Source: Sphyrna mokarran (taxonomy: Eukaryota). Taken from it: DNA of 64,000 bases. The notes beneath the pieces were generated by a model, which ran no database searches, was not told where the DNA came from, and worked only from the letters and a program-made list of their open reading frames with translations. The stretch spans positions 53,816,001 through 53,880,000 of the forward strand of contig JAGIQG010000009.1 in assembly GCA_024679065.1 (NCBI GenBank), given 5' to 3'. The position numbers were made by a program, and so were the translations under genes. Below, one piece after another: positions 24,892-36,060 of the stretch; the stretch's first letter is position 1; each line of letters begins with the position of its first letter.

Positions 24892-27800
24892 CTGTAATAC
24901 AAAGAAGAAATTGCAATGAAGTATAACAAATACCAAAAACTTAAAAGCTATTTTAAATGCAATTATGGAAAAGATTTAAATATGTTCTTAAACAAACCTA
25001 AGCGAGGATATTTTAGGTATCATGCATTTTCATTATCAGATGGTCTGTATCATGGTGCTTTTCATAGAAATAGAAATCCTACAGTACAGAAAGAGGCCAT
25101 TCGGCCCATCAAGATTGCACTGACCACAATCCCACCCAGGCCCTACTCCCACATATTTACCCATGAACCCCTCTAACCTACGCATCTCAGGACACTAAGG
25201 GCAATTTTAGCATGGCCAATCAACCTAACCTGCACATTTTTGGACTGTGGGAAGAAACCAGAGCACCCGAAGGAAACCCATGCAGATACGAGGAGAACGT
25301 GTAAATTTTACAGACAGTGAGCCGAGCCAGGAATCGAACCCGGGTCCCTGGAGCCGTGAAGCAGCAGTACTAACCACTGTGTTACTGTGCCACCCAGGAT
25401 AGTTCCACAAGTTCAGATGATCTCTGCTATAAATCTTTGACATGATCAACAAGCAGAGACTAAGGAGTCAGCTTAGTGAGGCATCTCACTCTTTCAAAAA
25501 AATGGAACACTCCACACTGTATTCAGGTGAGCTATGGACTGAGAAATTTGTAGGAATTGAGAAATTTGCCATCGGGTGGTGCATTTATCTACAAAATGGT
25601 AGCGTTTACTTTCACTTGAAATTTGTATCCTGGCCATGAGAATGAGAGTGGGCAGCTGAATATTTTCCAGTTTTTGTCCTCAGCATTAAACACTCACTGG
25701 TGAGGTTTTGCACAAATCAGCAGAAGAGTAAAGATGTAACCAAAAGAGAAAATGCTGGAAAATCTCAGCAGCTCTGGCAGCAGAAAAAAAGAGCTGACAT
25801 TTCGAATCCAGATGACCCTTTGTCAAAGCTAAAAGGCATAGAGAGTGGGGTGTAAAAAGGTGTTGTCTAAAAGGCATAAAAATGGGGGTGGGGTGTAAAG
25901 GGGTGTCTACTCTTTCCAGGATTGCAGCTTAACTCCCAATATCAGAAACATGACAGGCGGGATTTTCCAGCCACGTTCACCCCAAAACCGAAAAATCCCT
26001 CCCGAGGTCAATGAATCTTTCCATGGTCATCCCTCGCCCACTCCAATTCCCATAGCAGGCAGAACAGGAAAATTCAACCTGTATGTTGTCATATAACACC
26101 GTGTTGGCATTGCTATAACATTAATCATGGAAGAGTTTGCCCATTCAATACAATTACATGATAGATGCATATACAAAAAAATTGTAATTGGTTTAAGAAT
26201 ATTCCATTCTGTTGTATGAAGCATAGCATCAGAGAGGATGCCTTCAAATTCAGATTGAGCTAGATCAGATCCCAGAATTTAAAATAAAAAAATAGCCTGC
26301 TCTAATTGATCTTTACCCCTTTTGGTTATATTTGAATTGAATCAAATATTGTTTAAATACAATTTACAGATTAATATACAGATAAAAACTGTACCTGTAA
26401 GATCTTCAAAAGACTCATATGGTTTCATTAAGAAGCGTTTCCTATATTCATTCAGAGATTTGTAACGCATCTGTCGAGTTTGCTCAATAGTAGCGATAGC
26501 CACTTTAATCAATGCTGCATTCATATTTCTGCCTCCAGCAACCTATAGAAATATGAGGATCATTAACTTAACAGCCGCATGAATCCAACAGTTTCACTTA
26601 ATACTGTGAAGGATTTTGTTCTATTTATGAATACTGTGGAATATATTATTCTTTTTAGTCAAAGGTGCATTTTGTTTCTATAGTTACTGAGTTAAGAGAG
26701 TTGGGAGGTGAAGTGAAGCCAAAATTAACAGCAATATAAGGTTTACAATATGGGAGGTGTATATATTTGACACCAGCAGTTCATTATTGCAACAGAAATT
26801 ACTTTCTGTTCTTTTCTTTCCACTATGAGCTGATTCTTACCCTGCCAGCAATTTGCCTGGTGAATGAATCCACCATGTTGGTGATGCCATGTTCCAGCAA
26901 TACTGAGTTATTGAAGAGGAATTCACTGTAACTGTAGTCTCTATTCTCAATGTTGAAAGAATCTGGCATGAGGGGATGCCAATGGTAGAGGGTGTTGAAC
27001 TCTGAAGCAATCCGGTTACTGTACTGGAATTGCTGGTCGAAGAGTAGTTCTGGATCAAATTTCAGCTTGAAATGATAACCGCTTAGATGTTGTACATAAT
27101 CTTCAATGATAATTTTGATGGTCTCTCCTGTAAGCATTAACAACAGTTTGAGGATTTATTTAAAAGCAGCATATTCATGACAAAACTTTTATTTATTCCA
27201 ACTAAACTTCTAAATTGTACAGTTCTATGAATATCTATTTTGCTGTTACATGCAGGACATTGTCTCTGCACCTTAGTATACATTTGTCCAAAAGATCAGG
27301 AGCTATTTTCAAAGGCAGTTGGGTTCACTCACCTATCAGTATAAGTCGGGCTGTTTGAAACAGTCGTTCATCGTCCCAATCAGGATGCTCCACTTTCAAC
27401 ACATCACAGACGCGATTATGTTCCCGCAACCAGATTGTTGCATACATCATCAATCCTGGAACCAATCCAAAGAATTCCTGTCCCACAGCAAACTGCAAGT
27501 GTTCAGGGACATGAGGAGGATAAGTCATCTCTACCCCACTATCTTTAACAGTGGGAGGGTAGACTTCCCCATTGCAAACCTGCAATTAATTTTTGTGGAT
27601 TAGTTAAGATTTCACATAGAGCATATTGAAATAATGAAAAATAAATCAAAGATACCTGGACATGAACATGTAAATGTTACTGCCCTATTAAAATACATGA
27701 CAAGAAGCTCAGATCAAAGTACCTGAAACTTAAGTTTTCCATCTGTAAATAGTCTCAGTTTGTGCTGTCTGTCTAAAGTTTCTCCATAAACATGGCTCAG

Positions 27801-30308
27801 GTCAACCTGCACAATGCAAAACATATTAAACATAAGTAGATTCACAATTTTATACTTAATGTTAGAATAGTAAATATATTTGTAAAAAGCAAGTAAAATG
27901 ATGGATTGTGTTATTTACACCCAATATTAGTGAATTGATTTTGAAAGCAGTTCTCTGGTTTGTACTTACACCATGTCCCAAACCCCTGGTAAATGCAGGA
28001 CCTCGGCTCTGGTCAGTCTTAAAAAACTGGTGGGTAAAATGCTGAGCAAAGAAGGCAAACATCATATTGGTCCTTTGGGGATCGGGTATAAATTTCTTCC
28101 TCATCAAGAATCTTTCTGCTAAATACTTGGCATCAGGCAGTGTTTTCTTTCCTGTGTGTGAAGAGAAAAGTACATCTTGAAAACTGTTGCCATCAGCTAT
28201 TAAAGTGTCACTGTCTCTTCCCAATCCTAAGCAGTTATTTGGATTGTATTTGAATAACTAATCTTTTAAGCAAAGTCAGTACACTACTCCAAACCTACAC
28301 ACACACCACTCCAAATAAAAACCAATTGACTGTATGTGTAAAAGTGGAAGAAATAGGATAAAGAGAGTACTACCCTAAAATATATTTTTACCCATAAGTG
28401 ACATGAATTAAGTATCAGCTTATTTACTGGCAAGACCCCGGTAGAGCACAAAAGATAGGAATAGATGTGATGTGGAGATGCCAGCGTTGGACTGGAGTTT
28501 GCACAGTAAAAAGTCTCACTGCACCACATTAAAGTCCAACAGGTTTATTTGAATCCATTCACCTAATGAAGGAGCAGCGCTCCAAAAGCTTGTGATTCCA
28601 AACAAACCTGTTGGACTTTAACCAGGTGTTGTGATAGGAATAGAAGTAAATTATACAGCCATTAAAGTTAGAAAGGATGTTGTAACAGTAAAGTTTCTCA
28701 TACTATTAACTCACCAACTACTCCCATTGGAGTTGGGCAGTCTTCAGGCGTTGGTGGAAGACATCTGGTGTAGTAGGAGATATTGGCATATGCTTCCCAG
28801 CTCTTGTAATCATAATCTGCATTGTAGGTAGGGGGGCTGTCAATCAAGTTGGACCTGGCTGTTTGGAGTGGAAAAAATGTTTATATTTAGGTTCCATATT
28901 TCAAATTCACAACCAGAAACAATATATGTAGTCCTTACATCATACGGAATGAATAAAATTCACCCATTAGTGAAGAACAAGCTAAGAAATCCTTCACTCT
29001 GTCTAGCAACTGCTCAAATCTTATTAAATCCTTTCTCTTAACTACTTATGGCAGAGACATAAACATTATTTATTTTACCAACAGTACTGAACGTGCCAAA
29101 TTTTCAGAAATACATGTCTTCAATACATAACACCCAAAAGAATTCTTATTCACACTATTTTATAACTGTCCTTTGCAACTTCACGTAATTGACTCACACC
29201 ACGTGGGCTGCACCTTCTCAAGGACAATTCATTATGGACAACACATATGATCTTGCCCACATCCCATAAACGAACAGAAACAATACTATCCCCCTAATAT
29301 TAAACCTCCACATTTAATTATGCCCGTTTGTATTTAGAATGATTCATAGTGCTCCAATAAAAAAGTCATGAGCATGGGTTTATTTTTACTTACAGGTTAA
29401 GACGTAACGCATGATTCTGTCCCTTAAGAAAGGGATTTGATTCACCACGTTCCAGATTCCTGGGTAGTGGGTCAGGATGTGATGGACTGTGTTTGGAGAG
29501 GGTTTCAGGCTCAGTTTCACCCAGGTCCAAAACTCGGCTGTTGGAAGACGGGATTCAGGAGGTGAGAGTTAGCGGTTATCAGAAAGGTGAACGCCAGTGC
29601 ATAACACAAACACAAGATGAAGTGCAACTTACGTTTGGTGCAGTTCACACCGGAAAAGCCAGTCCGGGTACAATCGCATTCGTAAGCGTCCACCCCCACG
29701 GAGCTGCAAACTCCCCGGTTCTGGCAGGGATTCGAGCAGCAAGGGTTAGCTGGGAGGAAAACAAAGAGGTCACTCGGGTTCACAGATCATTTTACAGGCT
29801 CTGGTGAACAGGCTCGTGTTTCTCGCTCACAACACTGGGCTGCAACCACGGTTAATCTCAATTGGAAACGAAAACTCGGTGGGTGAAAATCACTGCTCGG
29901 CATTAAGGTTTGATGTTTATTTAGAATTATTCGAGTTAACAGGACAAATTGCCATTGCTGGGTGCTTCATTGAGGCAGACCCAACTGTTGCCCAGGCCAC
30001 AACCTACCGATTACAATCTTAAATCATATCTAAGAAAAAGATTCTCTAATATTTCTGCAGCTTTCTGTTAAATTCTTTTTTTTTACAATGAGCAGTGATC
30101 TTCCTGAGGATTGAAAGCATTCTCTCTCTCTCGGTACAACAAACGCCTACACACACTTTCTCCCGTTTCCCCTGCAGCCTGTTCTCCCCGTCTGCTGGAG
30201 ACGGGTTTTGCCATCTTTTTCCTCACCTGCTTGGCTGAGAGGAAGGATCCCGGCGAGAAGCAGCAACAACACCCCCTGGCTGTTTAGCGCGCTCAGTTTT
30301 CCTAACAT
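24473..30308 (-). CDS. PTGS2: Prostaglandin G/H synthase 2 (COX-2), spliced CDS of 10 exons, 1854 nt, 617 aa
   Basis: Exons were assembled by hand, with GT-AG boundaries and a continuous frame. Internal exon sizes are 117/144/144/182/84/247/287/148 nt, the conserved PTGS2 pattern. Motifs present: EGF domain [26 protein letters not shown] (R120), NTLYHWHP (Y385/H388) and GAPFSLKGL (S530). COX-2-type V434, R513 and V523, a C-terminal insert and terminal STEL are also present. Confidence 0.97.
25060..25395 (-). mobile_element. Near full-length HE1-type V-SINE in PTGS2 intron 9
   Basis: tRNA-like head with A box GTGGTTAG and B box GGTTCGATTCC, a V-domain and a CR1-like tail. Confidence 0.88.
25738..25841 (-). 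ncRNA. Penelope-associated short repeat (family B) with a minimal type-I hammerhead fold (25792-25830) in PTGS2 intron 9, sense strand
   Basis: AGCU / UUGACAA-A / GGGUC-aucug-GAUUC / GAAA-U-GUC / AGCU gives stem I, a U3:A8 core variant, stem II and a near-palindromic stem III. Confidence 0.6.
25953..26082. mobile_element. Small MITE-like element in intron 9
   Basis: Imperfect terminal inverted repeats ACAGGCGGGATTTTCC ... GGAAAATTCAACCTGT. Confidence 0.55.
26395..26542 (-). CDS. PTGS2: PTGS2 exon 9
   Basis: ctatag|GTTGCTGGA ... CTTACAG|gtacag; 148 nt; [37 protein letters not shown]. Confidence 0.96.
26841..27127 (-). CDS. PTGS2: PTGS2 exon 8 (catalytic Tyr and proximal heme His)
   Basis: ttacag|GAGAGACC ... 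GGCAGG|gtaaga; 287 nt; [19 protein letters not shown]. Confidence 0.97.
27333..27579 (-). CDS. PTGS2: PTGS2 exon 7
   Basis: gcag|GTTTGC ... CTGATAG|gtgagt; 247 nt; [25 protein letters not shown]. Confidence 0.96.
27723..27806 (-). CDS. PTGS2: PTGS2 exon 6
   Basis: gcag|GTTGACCTG ... TTTCAG|gtactt; 84 nt; [28 protein letters not shown]. Confidence 0.96.
27970..28151 (-). CDS. PTGS2: PTGS2 exon 5
   Basis: cacag|GAAAG ... CATGGT|gtaagt; 182 nt; contains [26 protein letters not shown]. Confidence 0.96.
28468..28635. mobile_element. Inverted pair of Penelope terminal repeats (family A) in PTGS2 intron 4, with a decayed hammerhead core (28559-28595, +)
   Basis: TAAAGTCCAACAGGTTTATTTG ... CAAACAAACCTGTTGGACTTTA inverted arms. 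Core reads TCAC-CTAATGA-A-GGAGC-agc-GCTCC-AAAA-GCTT-GTGA. Confidence 0.7.
28715..28858 (-). CDS. PTGS2: PTGS2 exon 4
   Basis: aaacag|CCAGGTCC ... GTAGTTG|gtgagt; 144 nt; [47 protein letters not shown]. Confidence 0.96.
29394..29537 (-). CDS. PTGS2: PTGS2 exon 3 (membrane-binding domain)
   Basis: caacag|CCGAGTTTTGG ... TTAACCT|gtaagt; 144 nt; [47 protein letters not shown]. Confidence 0.96.
29633..29749 (-). CDS. PTGS2: PTGS2 exon 2 (EGF-like domain)
   Basis: cccag|CTAACCCTTGCTGC ... ACCAAAC|gtaagt; 117 nt; [39 protein letters not shown]. Confidence 0.96.
30227..30308 (-). CDS. PTGS2: PTGS2 exon 1 coding part (signal peptide [27 protein letters not shown])
   Basis: ATG at 30308, hydrophobic core, donor CAG|GTGAGG. 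Phase 1 matches exon 2. Confidence 0.9.
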
Positions 30309-30363
30309 CGTGCTTCCCGTTTGAAGTGTCTTCCAGATCTACTCACTGGCACTTTCACCCAGC

Positions 30364-30433
30364 TTTTTAAACTTGCTTTCTTCCGGTGAGTCACAAAAAC
30401 CTGACGTCTTTGAGGTCTTTGAAATCCCGCCCC
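30364..30433 (-). promoter_or_regulatory. PTGS2 proximal promoter
   Basis: TATA-like TTTAAAAA (30364-30371, minus). ETS CCGGAA (30381-30386) abuts AP-1 TGACTCA (30387-30393). CRE-like TGACGTCT (30402-30409). Partial NF-kB-like GGGATTTC overlaps the GC box GGGGCGGG (30421-30433). CpGs are locally retained. Confidence 0.7.
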
Positions 30434-31545
30434 TCGCTTGCAGGGCCCCTGCTGGCTTCGTTTTGGACACAGCCATTTTTCCTTTCCAGCATTCCTCTGG
30501 TGGCTGGAGTTATTATTGAATCTACAACACAAATTCAGGTATATTGAAGATCTCGAACAACTCACTGATCACCCCCCCCCCCAAAAAAAATAGTTTCCTC
30601 TGGCTTCTGGTAACACTTTAAAAATGCCTGTCTTCTGGTGATCACTGCCTCTGAAAACAATTTCTCCTCATTTACTCTAACAAAACAGTTCATGATTTTG
30701 AAACAGAATCTCCGTTTGAACTACGGTGCATTCTGAGGTACCACTGCACCGCCCCTTCTACCCCCTCCCAACCTCTCATTCGAGTAAATCCCTTTGGGGA
30801 CTGCCCGGAAGATCTTTCCTGTGAGGACTGGAGTTCAACAATATACTCCCAATTTTGTGATGTTTTAGCATCAATTCCTCGTTTTTGTTCTCTATTGACA
30901 AACATGGGAATCTCGACTACGTTGTCTAAGGCTGGAAACACACAGAGAGTGGCGTCACCAGAGTCTGAAGGTTCAGTTTGCATCCTTTCTACATATTCTT
31001 CCCACCCGTTATGTTTCCAGTTTCATTCATTGTATTTTGTTTCAGATTCCAAACGCTTTATAATATTCTGCTTCTCACATAGATTTACCAACTGGGATCA
31101 TTTGATAATGATGAGGGAGAACCCTGACTTCAGTATTTTGCCATTCACTTTATATCACAAGGATAAATATAACACAGTGAGCAAATTGTGATACAGTTGT
31201 AAGCTAATAGTGGACAATTCATGAAGGTGTTGTCTCTGTAATATCTATTCCTTCATTTGTTCAGTTTCTTAGACGACTCCTACGCAACTATTTTAATTTT
31301 GTTACCAGACAGAAGATATCTGGAATATGATACTGCCATCAAAATTTGGAATGTAAAAACAAATTTTGATAGCTCAGTGAAGTCAACATTTAGACTATAA
31401 ACTTTACTGAGGAAGTAATTCAGAAAATTCCCCTCCCCTCCCCAATTTCTATCACCCCCGGCTGCCCCCATTCTGCCATCTACCTAAACACATCGCCTGC
31501 AGTAAGTTGGCAAATCTGTTCAAAGATATTTACCAGTATTGGGAA

Positions 31546-31640
31546 ACCAAAAGAGAAAGTGTTGGAAAAATCTCAGCAGATCTGGCAGCAACTGTAAGGA
31601 GAGAAAAGAGCTGATATTTCCAGTCCAGACAACCCTTCGT
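31546..31640 (-). repeat. Family B Penelope-associated short repeat, truncated in the ribozyme core
   Basis: Homologous to 25738-25830. Confidence 0.7.
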
Positions 31641-32039
31641 TTATCAGTATTTTTTTCTGTCAGATACCATTCAATTTCCTTTTAACCCTAACTTCTCTCT
31701 TTCCATTCCATTTAATTGCTGGACAGTGTCAGCCCATTACCCTGCCTGCCTACTGCAGCATTGCTGAAATGATCCTGTTGCCTGAACTGTGATTATGAAT
31801 GACGTACAATTATTGTACAACAATACCCTCAAATGTTAATTCATCGAATGAAATCAACAGATATAAATTGCTAACCATGTCAAAACCTGATATGTTTCTG
31901 TCCTTACTTCACTATTTATTCAAAGAAAGACAGAGTGACATTAAGTAGAAGAGTACATATCATGTACCATTATTCAATAACCAAGGCATTTATAATTACT
32001 TTATTCCTCCAACTTCTTCCTTTTGCCTATTAAAGATAT

Positions 32040-32360
32040 TGGCACAGTGGTACAGTGGTTAGCATTGCTGCCTTACAGTGCCAGAGACCTGGGTTTGATT
32101 CCCGGTTTGGGTCACTGTCTGTGTGGAGTTTGTACATTCTCCACGTGTATGCATGGGTATCCTCCAGGTACTCTGGTTTCCTTCCACAGTCCAAAGATGT
32201 ATAGGTTAGGTAGATTGGCCATGTTAAATTTCTCCTTAATGTCAGAGGCACTAGCTAGGGTAAATGCATGGAGTTATGGGGATGGGCCCTGGGTGGAACT
32301 GTGATTGGTACAGACTCGATAGGCAGAATGGCTTTCTTCTGCACTGCAGGGCTTTGTGAT
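32040..32360 (+). mobile_element. HE1-type V-SINE
   Basis: CAGTGGTTAGCATTGCTGCCTTACAGTGCCAGAGACCTGGGTTTGATTCCC head followed by the V-domain. Confidence 0.85.
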
Positions 32361-33697
32361 TTATGTCAACACTGACTGGGAAACACTGCCATCTTTCACA
32401 AATTCTCATTACTCATGTATTTCTGTTTACAATAAGGTCAGCAAACTATCTGACTGAATGACCTATGTTAATATATTCTTTAGTTGTCTGGGATTCACTA
32501 TAACTTATTTGAAATGTGGCATCCAGTTAAAGAACCTGTACTTGCTATCAGTATCTGGACTCATTTCCTTTTTGTCTCGATGTGTTTAAACACAGTACAC
32601 GTATTGAGACTAGTCTCAACAAGTTTGAACAATGGAAAGGAGCAGATAATTACAGCTGACAGTGAGACTTGGAAGTGTGAATGATGAAATGATAATGGAA
32701 AATATTTTATTTGGAAATTGATCATCATCCCTTTATAACAAGTTGTGTACAATACTAAGAAATTCATTGCTGAATGTCAGTTTCAATGACTGGAAAACAG
32801 TGCAGTTTCTGGTTTAACACTTTGTAAAAAACATAGAAGTTCGTGTTTAAACTTTTCTTGAGAACTGGCAAATTTTGTAAATCCCTCCATTATACTCTCA
32901 AGTAAAAGTCTTGTAGTTCCTTCCAAAACAATCTGATTTGCAAATGTTATGTGGTAAAAGCGTTGTTACGGGATCACGTCAAATAGACGTACTTCAGCAG
33001 TTTAATTTAGCAATAAACATATGATTACTGTGGAACTGTTAAGAAGAATTTATATTTCTGTTTATAAACATGAGGCAAGACTGACCTTATTTCCATTGCA
33101 AATAACACTGCTTGCATGAAAAACCACAGTTGACAATGGGAGAGGGGGTGGTCACAGCACTCCTAACAATTTATTTTATTTATTATTTATCAGTCACAAG
33201 TAAGGCTTACATTAGCAATTCAATGAAGTTGCTGTGAATTCAATGAAATTCCTAACTGACAATTACAGAAATTCACAATTTTAATTTTTAGTAAAGAAAG
33301 ATGTGTATTTATATAATGGTTTAACATCGAGCTCAGATTTTCTTTGAACTGTCATCGCTGTTGGTTAAGTATTCAGACGTGACAGCAAATGTTATAAATG
33401 ATTTCTTAACAAGTGGCATGGGCAATATGGTTACTATAGATGGTATCTCTCTGGAAAATGATATTCTGCAAGCCAGATCCTTAATAATCCTCGCCAAAAT
33501 GATGTAGGAAGAATTTCTCCAGAAGATACATGAAGCCCATAGGGAAATGGAAAGCTGTCAGCTCAGAACATATCAGCTGTATACTAATCCTAACTACACT
33601 GAAATTATGATGTGTACCTGCAGTGTATATCAAAAGTACTGAAATAGACAGCAGGAAGAGGAGATGATAGGTGTACAATAATCATCTTACCGAAGAG

Positions 33698-36060
33698 TTA
33701 TAGAGGTTTACAGCATGGAAACAAGCCCTTTGGCCCAACTTGTCCATGCTGTCCAGTTTTTACCACTAAGCTAGTCCCGATTGCTTGCATTTGGCCCATA
33801 TCCCTCCATACCCATCTTATACATGTAACTGTCTAAAAGTTTTTAAGAGACAAAATTGTATCCGCCTGTACTACTCCCTCTGGCAGATTATTCCAGACAT
33901 TCACCACTTTGTGAAAAAATTGCCCCTCTGGACTCTTTTGTTTCTCTCCCCTCTCACATTAAATCTATGCCCTCTAGTTTTAGACTCCCCTATCTTTGGG
34001 AAAAGATATTGACTATCTACCTTATCTATGTCCCTTGTTATTTTATAGACCTCTATAAGATCACCCATAAGCCTTCTACACTCAAGGAAATAAGTCTCAA
34101 TCTATCCAGTCTCTCCTTATAACTCAAACCATTAAGTACCAGTAGCATACTAATAAAGCTTTTCTGCACTCTTTCTAGCTTATTAATATACTTTCTATAA
34201 TAGGGAAACCAGAACTGCACACAGTATTCCAAGTGTGGCCTCACCAATGTATTGTACAACTTCAACAAGACATTTCAACTCAATATTCAATATATATATT
34301 CAATATTCAATGTATATATTCAATATTTTCACCAATGAAACCAAGGATGCGAATGCCTTCCTCACCATCCTGTCCACCTGTGACTCCACTTTAAAGGAAC
34401 TATGAACACGTACTTCAGGTATCTTTGTTCTATAACCCTCTCCAATGCCCTACCATTAACTGATTAAGTCCTGCTCCGATTTGATCTCCTAAAATGCATC
34501 ACCTCACATTTACCTAAATTAAACACCATCCACCATCCATCAGCCCACTGGCCCAATTGATCAAGATCCCACTGCAGTCTTAGGTAATCTTCTTCACTGT
34601 CTGTTATGCCACCAATTTTGGTGTCATCTGCAAACTTACTAACCACGCCTCCTAAATTCTTATTCAAATCATTCATATAAATAACAAATAACAGTGGATT
34701 CAGCACCAATTCCTGAGGCACACTGCTGGTTGCAAGCCTCCAATTTGAAAAGCAACTCTCTACAACTACCCTCTGTCTTCTGTCATCAAGCCAATTTTGC
34801 ATCCAATTGATTACCTCAATCCCGTGAATTTAACCTTATGCAACAACTTACCATGTGGGGGCTTGTCAGAGACCTTGCTAAAGTCCATGTAGGCAACTTC
34901 GGCCACACAGCCCTCATCTATCTTTTTGTTATCCCTTCAAAAAGTGTAAACAAATTCGTCAGACATGATTTTTCACTCACAAAGCCATGCTGACAGTCCT
35001 TAATCAGTTTTTGCTTGTCTAAATGCCTGTAGATCCTGTCTCTCAAAATACTTTCCAATAACTTACCCAGAAAAGATGTTAGGCTTACTTCCCAGACTTT
35101 TCCATGCAGCTCTTCTGAAACAAAGCCACAATATTTGCTACCCTCCAATCTTCAAGCACCTCACTTATGGCTGTTGATAATTCAAATATCTCTTCTAGGG
35201 AACCTACAATTTCTTCTCTAGCCTCACACAACATCCTGGGATACATTTCATCAGGTCCCAGGGATTTATCTACCTTGATGCACTTTTAAGACTTCCAGTA
35301 TCTCCTTCTCTGTAATATCTACAGTCCTCAATATATCCCTATTTATTTTCCCAAGTTCCCTGACATCTGTGCCTTTCCCAAAATATTCATCATGAGAAAT
35401 ATTCATTTAGGATCTCACCCATCTCTTGTGGATCTGCAAATAGATGACCTTATTGATCCTTAAGAGGCCCTATTCTCTTCCTAATTGCTCTTTTGCCTTT
35501 ATGTATTTGTAGAAGCTCTTTGAATTCTCCTTTGTCTTATCCACCAAGGCAATTTCATGTCCCTTTTTGCCTTCCTGATTTCTCCCTTAACTTTACTCCA
35601 ACCACCTCTACAGTCTTCAAGGGATTCACGTAATCCCAGCTGTCTGTGCATGTCAAATGATTCCTTTTTCTTCTTGATCAGAGCCTCAATATCCTGAGTC
35701 ATCCAGGATTCCCTATTTCTAGGTAACCTTGCCCGTCACTCTAAAAAGGATGTGCTTACCCCGAACCCTGGTTAACATATTTTTGAAAGCCTGCCACTTA
35801 CTAGATGTCAATTTGCCTGCCATTGGACACCTCCAATCAACTTTTGGAAGTTCCTGTCTAATATCATCAAAATTGGCCTTACCCCAATTTAGAATTTTAA
35901 CTTTTGGGCCAGACCTATCATTCTCATAGCTACCTTCAAAACTAATGGATTATGACCATACGGCTCAAACTGATCTCTTACTAACACTTCTGTCACTTGC
36001 CCTTTTTTATTTCCCAAGAGAAAATAAGTTTCATCCCCTCTCCAGTTGGGCCATCCGCAT
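33698..36060 (-). mobile_element. ~2.4 kb CR1/HER1 LINE fragment including the RT domain
   Basis: Broken ORFs encode CQHGFVSEKSCLTNL, SVPQELVLNPLLFVIYMNDL, SKFADDTKIGG and LYNTLVRPHLEYCVQFW. Confidence 0.92.

Noticed and set aside
25320-25395. tRNA genes at SINE heads (also 32040, 45505, 55745)
   Set aside because: A and B boxes are present, but they run straight into the V-SINE body with no complete cloverleaf.
24525-29807. Plus-strand ORFs at 24525, 27319, 28631 and 29493
   Set aside because: Antisense shadows of PTGS2 exons with no independent homology.
24473-30308. Assignment as PTGS1 (COX-1)
   Set aside because: The 10-exon structure, V523/R513/V434, C-terminal insert, compact introns and ARE-rich UTR all indicate PTGS2.
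34279-34327. Short tandem duplications (also 36070-36105) and regularly recurring repeats as CRISPR-like arrays
   Set aside because: These are simple slippage duplications in eukaryotic TE remnants. There is no repeat-spacer periodicity and no cas genes.
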